DNA of 63,196 bases, counting the filler, from Asterionella formosa (Eukaryota), in the NCBI GenBank assembly GCA_002256025.1. It is 2 parts of 2 records of this genome, joined end to end, with 100 filler letters (N's around TTAATTAATTAA, not from the genome) between each part and the next. Parts side by side here need not be neighbours in the genome. Positions count along the whole stretch, not along the records: positions 31,665 to 63,196 come from NKIB01000633.1; 1 more part is not named here. One strand, 5' to 3'. A program made the position numbers and the translations under genes. Under the pieces are notes generated by a model. That model was not told the origin of the DNA. It saw only the letters and a list, made by a program, of their open reading frames with translations, and did no database searches. Below, piece by piece: positions 51,898-63,196 of the stretch; position 1 is the stretch's first letter, and the number at the start of each line of letters is the position of its first letter.

Positions 51898-52416
51898 CTA
51901 CTCCTTTTTTGCCACAACTGTTCTCCCTTCCACATTGGTTACTCCCAATTTCTGAAACAAGAATTGAACATGCCCTTTGGTACATGCGTCCAATGTTTCC
52001 CTGGCATTTTTACATTTCTTCTGACATGATTGCGTAACACTTCCAGCACTATCCTCATGAAGACTATTTTTATTCTCATCATCACACCACTCCACTTGAC
52101 AAATGGTCAAGGCTTGAATTTCATACACACATTTTGCCATGTTTACATGACGGTACGCCTTGCGCAATGTATCTTCACAATGCTTGGATGCTGCCAAGAC
52201 TTTGGTACAATCATTATGATGAGTGCCTTCCAAACATGTTTGGACAGCAGTACGTGGGCCTTGACAATAGCGTCCGAATAATGGGTTTTCCAAAAGTTGT
52301 AATTCCTTACTGCGCATGGCAAAGGAATTGGACGTTATCAACGTCATGAGACACACAGTAAGGCATGCCACAAGAAGGAGGAGTTTGCTTGGGTCGGACC
52401 ACAAGAATAATGCCAT
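51898..52416 (-). CDS. Cys-rich helical protein with N-terminal hydrophobic anchor
   Basis: 172-aa ORF with several Cx9C pairs. Confidence 0.65.
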   Translation of the reverse strand: MALFLWSDPSKLLLLVACLTVCLMTLITSNSFAMRSKELQLLENPLFGRYCQGPRTAVQTCLEGTHHNDCTKVLAASKHCEDTLRKAYRHVNMAKCVYEIQALTICQVEWCDDENKNSLHEDSAGSVTQSCQKKCKNARETLDACTKGHVQFLFQKLGVTNVEGRTVVAKKE

Positions 52417-53676
52417 TGTGTTGCGCGTGATGGGGAAGAGGCGACAATGATGGAATCAAGGGAAGGTACCTGGTATTGACTGTATGATAGGATGGAGAGT
52501 TGATCTTCTTCACAGAAAACGTACATACAACATGGACTAAAATATGATAACTGATAGGGTCCACTTTTAGTGATAGCTTATGTGCGTTTTATATTTAGCA
52601 CCAGGTACCGGTAGTGTTCTCACAATTGTTCTCATCAGAGAGTGCTACCTGGTACCGGTACTCGTAGCAGATTACTGGTAGCGGTGTCAGACTAAACCTG
52701 TTGCTATCATACAACGGTATGTGGCGGGAGTGTCGTTGCTCAAGGAGTACTGATTTTAAAAGTTATGAATGCGTACGCCGTACAGCATTCAATCTATGCG
52801 TTTCATGTACATACCGGTATTTATACCTTTCTCTGAGTTATATGAACATACCGGTAATTCATAATGGGACTCTTGTAAATGATAGAGTTAGGCAGCCAAA
52901 CCTTATCATCCGATACATATGCCGGTGGTACCAGGTACCTGCCAGCACACCGTGTATTTGATTTATAGCAGATGAGCAATGACTCGATTAATCTAACCTT
53001 GTGTACCAGGGTACAACAAAACAAAGAGCCGAGGATGATACCGTAGTTCGGTACTTATCTGTGCACAGGTTGTAGTGAAAGTGTAGGATCAAGGGGTGCC
53101 AGGTACCAGGTACCAGGTATCAGGCACCAGTAATAACGGATTACCGGTATATTATTTACTCCTCCATACCCCAATTTACACAGTGGTTTCGGGTATAGGA
53201 TACCATGTACCCATGTTTTGTACATACCTGACACATAACGATATTTGGTTTCAAGGATGTATCTTCTCACTACGAGTCGATAGCTATGGTATAGTTATTG
53301 CAGTTGCTACCAGAGTACCGGTACTGGTACCATGGTCAAGGAGCACCAGTTGATTGGCCGTGCATCGCCTTTGCTCAGCCATAAAACATCAATAATTCGG
53401 CAATGATGTTAGCTATTACCACTAACTGAAAATGAAACAAAATTGGGAGCGTAGTCAATAAATGTTCCTTAAGTAAATAATCAAATCTTCCGTTCAACGG
53501 TGCCATCGGTCCTTTCTTGCGTCATTGCTCACCGCCTATTAAAAACCGGTATATATGTAGCTCTCATTTGATCCCAACTGCATGCCAAATAAAGAGGTAG
53601 TATTCGTCGTTGTTCCCCAACAAGGTTATTCCTTCCACACATGCATTCACATTGTCATCATACTCATGACGTGGTG

Positions 53677-54792
53677 TTACAAGCCAGCATCTCGTTTGAG
53701 TTTCTCCAACTCATCATCTACATCTCCCTTGTTGGGAGGAGTACCACCACTACTACCACCACCACTTGGCCCCAACAATCCCTTGAGTTTGGCTAATTCA
53801 TCATCCACAGCATTTCCTGCTTCCAGCAATTTGAATTGCTTTTCCAAACTTGTCGATCCTGGCAACAAGTTACCTCCCATGGATCCCATTTCAGCACTCA
53901 CTTCAGCTGCCGCTTCCAGGGCTTCGACCTTCGATTCCATTCTGGTAAAGGCATCCATACTGGTCTTCCCAGTCATGCCTCCCAACATATCATTAACTTT
54001 TTGCGTCGATTGAGCAGTTCGGGCTCTAGCCACCATTTGATCTTTCTTGGCCTTGCTTTCCAAGATCTTTCCTTCCAACAATTGCATCCCTTCATATAGT
54101 TTATCAATGGATGCTGCTTGCAAGTCAATTTGAGATTGCAACGTCACTCCTTGTTCCACTTGTTGTTGACGACGAGTCAGGGCTTCCTTCGCCAATCCTT
54201 CATTGCCTTTTTGTAATGCCAACTGAGCACGAGAGTACCAGTCATTGGCAAGAGCATCGGCCTGTTCTTTTTGTTTCAACAAGCGACGTTGTGTTGCAGT
54301 AATTTCGGCGTACGATTGACGCACTTTGACCAAATCGGACTATAAATAAATAAAAATATATATAGAGAGAGAGAGCGAGGAGTGAATGGTACATGAGTGA
54401 ATGCCAATACAAGCATATAGATTCATTAAATATACTCAATACCATCATAAGTCATGTATCAACAACGAAACGAACGAGTCTACCAGGTAAAACGTTGTAC
54501 AACATTAACTCACCTGCATATCCTCCACGGCTTGAGTCATAATTTTCTCTGGATCTTCCAAACTCTGAAGGACACTATTGAGATTTCCCTTGACGACACG
54601 GGTAAATCGATCAAAGAGGTTCATTTGCAAGGCAGTAGTCGAATAACGCCGAGAAACAAACGCTGTGGATTGCGTCTGCACAAAAGTTGATCCATACTTG
54701 GAAGGGGCAAATGCTTGCACACCATTATTACCCATCATCAACGTACTGGCTGTCATGAGAGCATAAACGCAATAGTTGCTGTAACGGGTCAT
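53677..54792 (-). CDS. VIPP1: Plastid PspA/IM30 protein VIPP1
   Basis: Exons 54792-54514 and 54339-53677. QA|FAP bipartite presequence; MNLFDRFTRVVK, LEDPEKIMTQAVEDMQ, LEKQFKLLE, plus a C-terminal extension. Confidence 0.95.
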
Positions 54793-55034
54793 CTTTAAAT
54801 TGTGCAGTTTGTTGAAATACAAAGAGAGTCAGCAAGTATGGAGAATAAAAGTGTGGCGGGCGAGGTGAATAACTCAGCAAGGAGGAGTCAAGACAGAGAT
54901 TTGTGTCAATAGTAGTGAATGTGAGAAATCTCAGAACTGCCACGACGAATGAGGTAATCATATTTTGTTACCTACAAATATATACGATATGTATGCGGGC
55001 TGTAAGAATAGGAATGATGTATGAAAATATGTAC

Positions 55035-55642
55035 TGTACCTGGTACCAGGTACCAGGTACTATATCCAGACACCAAGGCGAGACTGGCTGCGTTTTCGAT
55101 CCTCATCTCAAATCAACATGCCTTCTTCTACTTTTTGGTCAACTTATTTTTTACCTAGGACACTACAGGCAGGTTGCTTCTGTCCTTGACTGGGTCCTGG
55201 TACCAGTACCTGGTACCCGGAAACAGGTGCTCCGAGTACGGTACCTGGTACCTGGTACCTGGTACCGGTAGGTACCATGACTGTTATTCCACCAGGTAGC
55301 AGGGACCTGGTACCTGGTACCCTACCAGTACTCTACCAGGTGGTACCAGGTACCAGTACTCCAGGAGGTAAACGGTGATCATGCCAGATACTAATTCAAC
55401 CGATGTCGTCACGATGCCTACCACGTACATACAGACCGAAATCAGAAGGTCGAAAAGGCGACGTCAGCAATGGGATCTCGCTCAACAAGAACACATATGT
55501 ACTATTGGTTCCGGTGCATATCGTCGAGCTACAGTACGGTAAATGAATTTCACAATGTCATATTCATATATGGTCATCTTATCCTGTATGTTTCTTGTCG
55601 GCGTGGTACCAGGTACCCCGGGGAGTACCAGGTACCAGGTAC
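55035..55642. repeat. TA-separated CCGG/CCWGG palindromic unit arrays (VIPP1/ferredoxin divergent region)
   Basis: Example: TA-CCTGG-TA-CCTGG-TA-CCTGG-TA-CCGG-TA at 55242-55270. Confidence 0.9.
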
Positions 55643-56169
55643 TCCGCCGCATTTTGTCATCGATGGAAAAGAACAAGCGCGCAAAGGCACCAAGAATGAA
55701 TGTTGGATCATGTACCGGTAGACTGTGCCGGTATGAATGCCCGTAGCCCATAATATGTTCCTACCGGAATAGTATTCCGATATAAAATACCAGTATGTAG
55801 GTACATGTACAGGTACACACTTGATTTTTTTAATTGGCATTGATTTTGTTTGTGACGAAATCATCATAGAATGTTCATTGTTTGACAAATCATGATCAGC
55901 TACCGTAATAATTTTAGATAGCCACCATTACCAATATCTCACAACAATCTTTATCGTTACTCCTTCTTGAACCGTCGAAAGTCCTACTAAAATCAAGGTG
56001 TGTGTTGAACAAATATTAAGATTGCTATTGCCACAGCAACAATCGATTTCATAAGAAGAATATCTATTATTATTAAAACTAGGGATACCGGCAGTACCGT
56101 TGTAGTGGAGTAGTAGTATTAAACAGCAACACTCCCCCTACCGGCATTGGAGCAGTGGGTACAACAACA

Positions 56170-57327
56170 ATGTATCACATGAATAGGATGGCCCCGCCAC
56201 TTGTCCTATTTGCAACTTGGTGGTGCAACATAGGCATACTACTACATACAACAACAACGACATATGCCTTTCATGTTACTACGAAAAGATATCACCTTTC
56301 AAGTCGATCACAATTGCATTCGGATAATTGGAATAATAAGATTAACAATGGCATGGACAGTAATACTTGGCGATCAATGGATGAACCAGAATATCAAGAA
56401 GAAGATTGGCAAGCTATTTTGGCTGCCAAACAAGATGGATCCTTTTGGGAGTCTAGTAGTAATAACGACACCAAAAGTACGTTATCGTTATCACTCATAA
56501 ATACCGAAGACCAAGACAACGAGTCATGGCTTGACACTTTGGCCTCACTCCAAGCCGAAGAAGTTGCGTTCAATCTCAAGGAAGCCGATCGTGCCATCAA
56601 GGTACAACAGATGGAAGAATGGGGCTTTGATCGGACGACCATTCAAAATACACTTGGTGTGGCCATTTCTGATGAGGCAGAAACATCGAATGAAGTACAA
56701 GGGATGAAGGCCTATCGAGACCAAGTATACAGTAAGGACGATGACATTGACTTGAAGTTGGTCGAATCTCATACTCGCGTCGAGTTGGATGAAGACACAG
56801 GAGAACCAGTCCGGACACAAATGGTATATGTCGACGAACACACGTGTATTGGGTGTACCAATTGTGCCATGATTGCTCAATCGACATTTTTTATGAATGA
56901 CGAACATGGTAGGGCCAGGGTGTTTCAACAATGGGGGGATGATGAAGAAACGATTCAAATTGCGATAGAAACATGTCCTGTAGATTGCATTCACTATGTA
57001 CCTTATTCAGAATTGGTGTCATTGGAAGTGGACCGACGAGGGCAAAATATAAATCCCAAGGCGCGCTTGGTATCACAGGGAGAATATGGAGGTGCGTCCA
57101 GTCATCAAGTGGGTGGCGCAGTTGCCTTTACACCGGCACAAAAAATATCTGGCAACATGGGAGCGAGATGTAACAATTGTCCCACACGAGGCTGTAGAAC
57201 TTGTCCCATGTATGGAGTAGGGAAGAATCCGGACTTTGTCAAAAAGGAAGCAGCTAGAAAAGAAAAAATTGCCAAACGAAAGATACAAGCAGAGCGAGAA
57301 AAGAATAACAAGAGTGTAGATTTGTAA
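56170..57327 (+). CDS. Plastid protein with DnaJ-Fer (CDJ3-5/DJC76)-type 4Fe-4S ferredoxin domain
   Basis: YVDEHTCIGCTNCA...GRARV...AIETCPVDCIHYV; YA|F presequence; extra CNNCPTRGCRTCP. Confidence 0.88.
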   Translation: MYHMNRMAPPLVLFATWWCNIGILLHTTTTTYAFHVTTKRYHLSSRSQLHSDNWNNKINNGMDSNTWRSMDEPEYQEEDWQAILAAKQDGSFWESSSNNDTKSTLSLSLINTEDQDNESWLDTLASLQAEEVAFNLKEADRAIKVQQMEEWGFDRTTIQNTLGVAISDEAETSNEVQGMKAYRDQVYSKDDDIDLKLVESHTRVELDEDTGEPVRTQMVYVDEHTCIGCTNCAMIAQSTFFMNDEHGRARVFQQWGDDEETIQIAIETCPVDCIHYVPYSELVSLEVDRRGQNINPKARLVSQGEYGGASSHQVGGAVAFTPAQKISGNMGARCNNCPTRGCRTCPMYGVGKNPDFVKKEAARKEKIAKRKIQAEREKNNKSVDL

Positions 57328-57615
57328 GACTACTCATAGACAAACTATTACTCGTTCACTATGTTCTCCATTCATACGGTGCCTTTTACTGAACAGGCGG
57401 CACTTATTTCAAAATCATTATATGTGGGCCACTCGTGATTGCTCCAAAAAACGGGTGTATGCCCCTCTATAAACGAACGGTAATAGAGCTACCGATAGTG
57501 TGACATTATATCATTTAACTATCCCATGTCTAGAGTAAGATTATGCTGGAGACTAGAAAAATGCTGCAACATCATGGTCCAGTAATATTATAAAAATATC
57601 TCAAAACATAAATAG

Positions 57616-58275
57616 TTAAATGGTACCGTCTCCACTTGCCCGTTCTTTCGCCTCGAGGTCCTTAACGACTTGCAATCTACCTTGCACTCGCTGTTGCAAC
57701 TCTTCTGCCCTTGTTCTTATACAATTCCCCATTTGTTGTTGGTATGCCTGACATGGGATGTTGCTCGTGGAGATCATCATCATATCACCAGTAGTAGTAG
57801 TAGCATAATGATCAGTAGTAGGAGTCATTTCATAGGCAGTTTCCGAAACGTTCAAAATTTCTTCTTTTGGAAGTCCATCAAAACATTGTTTCAACTGATT
57901 TAAATCAGATGCACACGCCAATGTAACACCTCGACATGCCCATAAGGCATGAGCTTCCTTAGCACAATTAAAATGCTCGTTATTACTAGTAGTAGTAGGA
58001 TCGTTGTTGTTGTTGTTGCCACCATTCTCGTTTGTTGTCGACATGTGAGTATTAGGAGTACTGCTACTGCGCCAATCAAAATATTTCATCATTTTAAATC
58101 CAGTCGAGTTGTCTTCTATATTCATAATTGGTGTCATATTTGTTGTTGTCGTGTCATTTCGTTGACGTTCTTGACATGCTACCAAAAGTACATTTATTTC
58201 TTGACAGATTTTTAATCGATCCAAACGTTGATCATCACTAAAGGAAATGAATTTTTCCTTGATAGATGCAAACAT
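57616..58275 (-). CDS. Hypothetical Cx9C (CHCH-like) protein
   Basis: 219-aa ORF with four Cx9C pairs separated by low-complexity linkers. Confidence 0.7.
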   Translation of the reverse strand: MFASIKEKFISFSDDQRLDRLKICQEINVLLVACQERQRNDTTTTNMTPIMNIEDNSTGFKMMKYFDWRSSSTPNTHMSTTNENGGNNNNNDPTTTSNNEHFNCAKEAHALWACRGVTLACASDLNQLKQCFDGLPKEEILNVSETAYEMTPTTDHYATTTTGDMMMISTSNIPCQAYQQQMGNCIRTRAEELQQRVQGRLQVVKDLEAKERASGDGTI

Positions 58276-58677
58276 TCTTTGTTAGTATCTCAAGACAAGA
58301 ACAGGATGTGGAATAGAGATGGTTGTGGAAGGATTTGATATATGGCTGATGGTGAACACACACACACACAAAACAAATGTGGTGCATTTGTCGTTGCTGA
58401 ATAATGAACGAGAGATGATGGAATGATATCATCATGAACAGATCGGCGTTGAATAAAGCAAGAAAATGACATGATGTGCGTACCGTACATACACATACAC
58501 ACCAGCCACAGTGGTTCCAGGTACGACGGGGTACCTGGGAGTATCGTACGACTTCCTAGTACTACCGGTGGTTTCTTAACCAGTGGACCGCTAGTGGGTA
58601 TAATTCGTAGTACCTTGTATGTACCTGTATATAAACAATGTACAGTATGCGTTACTGACATACCGGTAGGTCAATGG

Positions 58678-59290
58678 CACCGGTACCTGGAACCAGGTAC
58701 CTGGTACCGGTACCAGGTACCAGGTACCCTGGTACCAGTACCAGGAGTACCGGTAGTCAAGATAAAATGGTTGCTGGTGGAGAAAAAACACGTCTGTCCA
58801 TGTGTACTCCTATCGTGGTGCTGGCTCATCCGCTGCTAGCCATCAGCCACCACCACTTTATTGGATCATCCTTCGACAACAATCATGATATCATTACGTC
58901 GTCGTTTCATAGCCAGGGAGACTGCTGTGGTCTAGCAATGATGATACCGGTATACACATAGCGCACATAGCGATACACCAGCGATACATTGGTAGCAGGT
59001 ACCAGGTACCGGTCCTGTTCACATGAGTACCAGGTACCCTGGTACCGCTCGTATTTACCTACCGGTAGCCATAATTATAAAATATCACACGTGGCTGTAC
59101 ATGATCATTTTTACTACTACCGTAAATGATAGCCAAACTGCGCGCCTCCTGATTCCGTTTGCCTTTTTTACACGGCGACACATGGCTAGTTTTACTACTG
59201 GTGCTCCCCCTCGTCCTCTTCGTTTTATGCCAGCCAGCACTGTGGTACTGCTCCACCTGCTTGCATAGTACCAGGTACCTGGTTACCAAG
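58678..59290. repeat. TA-separated CCGG/CCWGG/CCAG unit arrays (divergent intergenic region)
   Basis: About 11 mixed units at 58680-58755, with further clusters at ~58995-59065 and ~59268-59290. Confidence 0.9.
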
Positions 59291-59599
59291 GTATGTGGTA
59301 TGATGGATGGCTGATTATTTTTGAAAACAATCATCCTTCGTCTCGATCACACCACCTTCATTCGTCTCCAGCTCTGACCTGAAACAGACCAGCCGTACAA
59401 AATTCAAGACAAACACCCCTTCTTGTTTTTTCCTTTCCAATCCAATCCAATCCAATCATACTCTATTATTTATAAGTATATATATATATATCATTATTGA
59501 TAAAGAGTGCCAATAAAAATCATCACGAGCTGTTTCAACAAAAGGCTTGTAAAGGACACAAAACACCATCGCTCATCCATTTGTCGCTATTCTAACAAA

Positions 59600-62181
59600 A
59601 TGACCAAAACACCAACAAGGCCATCCAAAAAGGGTAAAAAGGGTTCTCATGACAAGCAACAACAACAACAAGAAAAAGAAAGGTTAGTTGTAAAAAAGGG
59701 ACCATCGTCCATTAAGAAAAAAAAACATGTCACAACAAATGGAAGTAATTCGTTATCCGTCATTGTCCTTCCAAAGACTTTGAAGAAATCAATGACTGTT
59801 GCAAGCAAAAAGACCAAAAAACATCCTCAGGCTCGTAGCCCACAACAAATGCCAAATGATTCGGTATTTGGTGCTATTCGGAAACAAATGGGTCCATCGG
59901 TATCATTCCCCAAGCAACAACAACAACAACAACAACAGTCATTACGAAGAAAAAGTACAACCAATACTACTACTCCAAAGAAGAAAGCAAAACTACAAAA
60001 ATACAATATAAAACATCAAATAAATTCTTTGGATCGATCAAAAAAGAACCAAAAACGAGTTTTCTTTCCAAAGAAATCACATGTTAAGCCACGAGCCTTG
60101 GACCAAATTATATGGTGGAAATTGTCCAAGCAAACCACCACCACTACCACCACTGCTACTACTGACTCATCCAACAACCCAACCACACCACGACAACAAC
60201 AACAACAACACTCTCTTCTTACGGATCATTTCCCAGAAGACATGATGACATTATTAGACCAAGAAATGATTGCGTTTTCATCCTATGTACGATTAAATCC
60301 TATTGAAATGGCAGCACGAGAACATGTCATTCAGCATGTTACAGATTTGGCTGGAACTGTTTTTGGAACAGATGCGCAAGTACAATGCTTTGGCTCATTT
60401 GCTACTCCTGAGGTTGCAACCTTTGCAAGTGATGTTGATATGGCTGTGTGGGGTGTTGTTCCAGTGTTGGTGGATGTGTTTGATACCAACAATGACCGAG
60501 AGGATGCTGGTACAATAAAAACGAATACTACTCCTGCTACTGCCAACAAGCGTGAATCAAGAATTTCAAAATGGAGACATGCGTTGATGGAGTTGGATCA
60601 ATCAAATGAAGAAAAAGAAGTGTCGGCCTTGGGTGTGGAGGACGAGTCAATTCCAGCAAAGGCGAAACCACCAGTGCCCCCAAACGACATGAAAAAAGGA
60701 AGAAAGAGATCAGATTCAACATCAAGTCTCTTTGTGTTGGACCGAGACGGGGCTGTGGAATTGGGAGCCGATGAAGAAGAAATTGACGCCCTAATCGGAC
60801 GTGCCGAAGGCAATGTATTTCAGGTAGATCGATCTGAAGAGGACGAAGATGACAGGGACATTTCAGGCAAGCAGAGATCTCAATCACCAATAGACCTTTG
60901 CAATGAAAGTGATAGTGACGATGACTCCGCCGACAAGCTTGAGTCCCTTTCAAAGCAAACCCCAAATGGAATCGCTCACCGTTCGTTAAAGACAAGTGAC
61001 TCTGATGAGGACAGAAAATTCTTTCTCTCAAGTTCTGATGGTCTGGAAGTTTCCTTTGTCACAAATACTCGTGCTTCAAATTCGAAGAAATTAGATGGTG
61101 AGACTCGTCAACTGGTCATCAACTCATTACGGACATTAGGGAGGGCTCTTTGGCGGTCTCCTGTTATGACTCGTGTCGAAGTGCGTCACCGAGCAAAAGT
61201 TCCCATCGTTACAACAGATACCAAACTTGGATTCGAGGCTGACGTTGCTGTTGGAGGTCATAATGGTGCAGACACAAGTCAGTTTGCTGCATCTCAAGTC
61301 GCGAAGTATCAAAGCTTTGGTCCAGTGGTGTTGCTACTAAAAATTATATTAGCACAACAAGACTTGGACAAGCCCTTTACTGGTGGACTTGGAAGCTTCA
61401 AACTGTATGTCCTGGTTTCTCATCATGTAAGTTTTTGGATATTGCAATGTATAAGTAATATTGCAAGAACCACTTCACTAACACCATTGCTGATTGTTGG
61501 TAGCTGGAACGCCATTTGTCATTAGGTGGTAACGATCGTCCATCTGAAGTCCTGCTAAGTTTCTTTGGTCGCTTCGGTAATACAAAGAATACTCCGCTAA
61601 AGTGCCACGAACAGTGCTTCACGTGGCTTGGAACGAATGCACCTGATGTGACGTGCAAAGACGGATCTGCGGATTTGAAATCAGTCTTTAAAATTGACGA
61701 CTGTGTCGATTTGTTTGGACATGCATGGGACCTTCTTGTCGAAACGATCGCAGATGGAGACACTAGCCGATCCATGTTGGCAGATGTGGTTGATGCTGGT
61801 CGGCTGAAACTTGAGCGAGAACGTCGCTTGACCCAAGCGGCTTTGTTGCGTGACTTTGAAAAGAAGCGCAACTCTCATATCCGATTCAATGATCCCAACA
61901 AGTCAAGCCTGGGTCGGCGAGTCAATCATATCTTTGAGCGTCTTGTTAGACCAAATGCCGTATCCCAACCCCCACCAAGCGAGTCATCCGAAGAAGTTCT
62001 GATGGCTGGATACGGAGTCACGAAAGGCCCTCTTGGTTGCTTGCTGCCCATGTTCCAACCAGGTGTCAAAGCACGCAAATTTCATGATAAGTTGATGGGA
62101 CGAGCCGGCAAGAATCGTAGCGCAAAAAGGAAACAGAAACGGGATGTTGTCCAGAGGGAGTTGTCGTCGCAAAACGTTTGA
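59600..62181 (+). CDS. TRF4/PAPD5 (TENT4)-like non-canonical poly(A) polymerase
   Basis: Exons 59600-61426 and 61504-62181. FGSFAT...SDVDM, AKVPIV...EADV, PFTGGLGSFKL; Lys-rich N-terminus. Confidence 0.9.
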
Positions 62182-62659
62182 GCACAGCGTGTGTAGTTAT
62201 TTGCGTCCACTGCCACTTCTAGCAGTGACGTAGAGAGTTGAGACCATCTATTCAGTCTGTGTCCCCATAGCCATATATTTTCAAACCACATTTTTGATTT
62301 AAAGAAATTAATTCTCATGGATGTCCTTACTGTTCCTGCGTTGTGTGATCGTGGTTCAAGAAACCAGGAAATATATACATGGAGCCTTTGTGGATCTTTC
62401 GAACAATACTATGCACGCGTACACGCAACAACAGCGCATCAACATGAAATATATCACCACAATCTCTTGATCACAGTGCTAACTAGAGTTCGCCTTACTG
62501 GGCTCATACGGTACTTCCGGCAGAGACACGGCGTATATCAAGGCAAAGTAAATGAAAATGATAATTGAATTCTATATTTCTTTCTCTTGCTTACTTCGAC
62601 ACTCCTTCGTCCATCGACGTCCTATACGATTGCATGTCCCTGGCCAACAATCACTGCAT

Positions 62660-63196
62660 TTAAGCTGCCACCTTGTACTTGATGCTCTCTCGCTCAAAGG
62701 CCCCCACCACTCGTTCCAATCCATGACAAAACGGGTGGTTCGGGAAGATTTGCTGCATCTCTGCAATCCACGGTCCAGTCTCCTTTCCTTGATGCTGACT
62801 ACAGACAATCAAGTGGATGAGTGTGTCTGCCGCAATTGGAAATTCCTTTCGACATTCCAACAGAACAGCTTCTGCCAGGTCCCATTTGTTAGAAACCATA
62901 TAACTGGCAGCCATGAGATTCATCAAAAGAACCGACGGTCCGTATTGCTCCGTAAGCATCGACAAGGTATGAATGGCAGAGTCTGAAAGACTTTGACCAG
63001 TAGCCAATGCCACATGGACACTTCCCAGTGCCGTCAAGACAGCATCTTCATCCGCCTGTTTCAACAAGTAGAGTTGATCTTGAGCCAAATCAAGGCGGTC
63101 CAATTTCAGAAAGAGTTGCAGCTTGAGCGACATGTGCTCCATAGTAACTCCCAAATGCACTTGTTGGAGTGCGTCCTTGGTCAAGCCGTGCATGGC
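62660..63196 (-). CDS. COPE: Coatomer subunit epsilon, partial (3' part)
   Basis: TPR-like repeats LKLDRLDLA, DEDAVLTAL, DTLIHLIVCSQHQGK, FPNHPF. Confidence 0.85.
   Translation of the reverse strand, partial: AMHGLTKDALQQVHLGVTMEHMSLKLQLFLKLDRLDLAQDQLYLLKQADEDAVLTALGSVHVALATGQSLSDSAIHTLSMLTEQYGPSVLLMNLMAASYMVSNKWDLAEAVLLECRKEFPIAADTLIHLIVCSQHQGKETGPWIAEMQQIFPNHPFCHGLERVVGAFERESIKYKVAA

Noticed and set aside
55035..55360. GGTACC arrays as CRISPR or telomeric repeats
   Set aside because: No unique spacers or cas genes; units are palindromic and heterogeneous rather than strand-biased.

Overview
Eukaryotic genomic window, most likely from a diatom (short GT-AG introns, bipartite plastid presequences, CoDi-type copia element). 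Two contigs are joined by an artificial 100-nt N/TTAATTAATTAA linker at 31565-31664. Genes include ELP5, a ~4439-aa HUWE1/UPL1-type HECT ligase, a plastid Asp/Asn beta-hydroxylase-like protein, an RluA/RPUSD1-like pseudouridine synthase, a SET-domain protein, a peptidase S51, VIPP1, a J-domain-less DnaJ-Fer-type ferredoxin, a TRF4-like nucleotidyltransferase and COPE. These are interspersed with nested, decayed transposable elements. Highlights: (1) promoter-proximal arrays of TA-separated CCGG/CCWGG/CCAG units that look like stacked excision footprints of a TA-targeting transposon also present here; (2) two copies of a tRNA-headed, highly structured SINE-like element resembling plant Au/RTE-type SINEs; (3) three tandem paralogous secreted micro-proteins sharing a GW[FV]HR-like motif, one with an apparently exonised or GA-AG intron; (4) an ATGA stop/start overlap suggesting a bicistronic pair.
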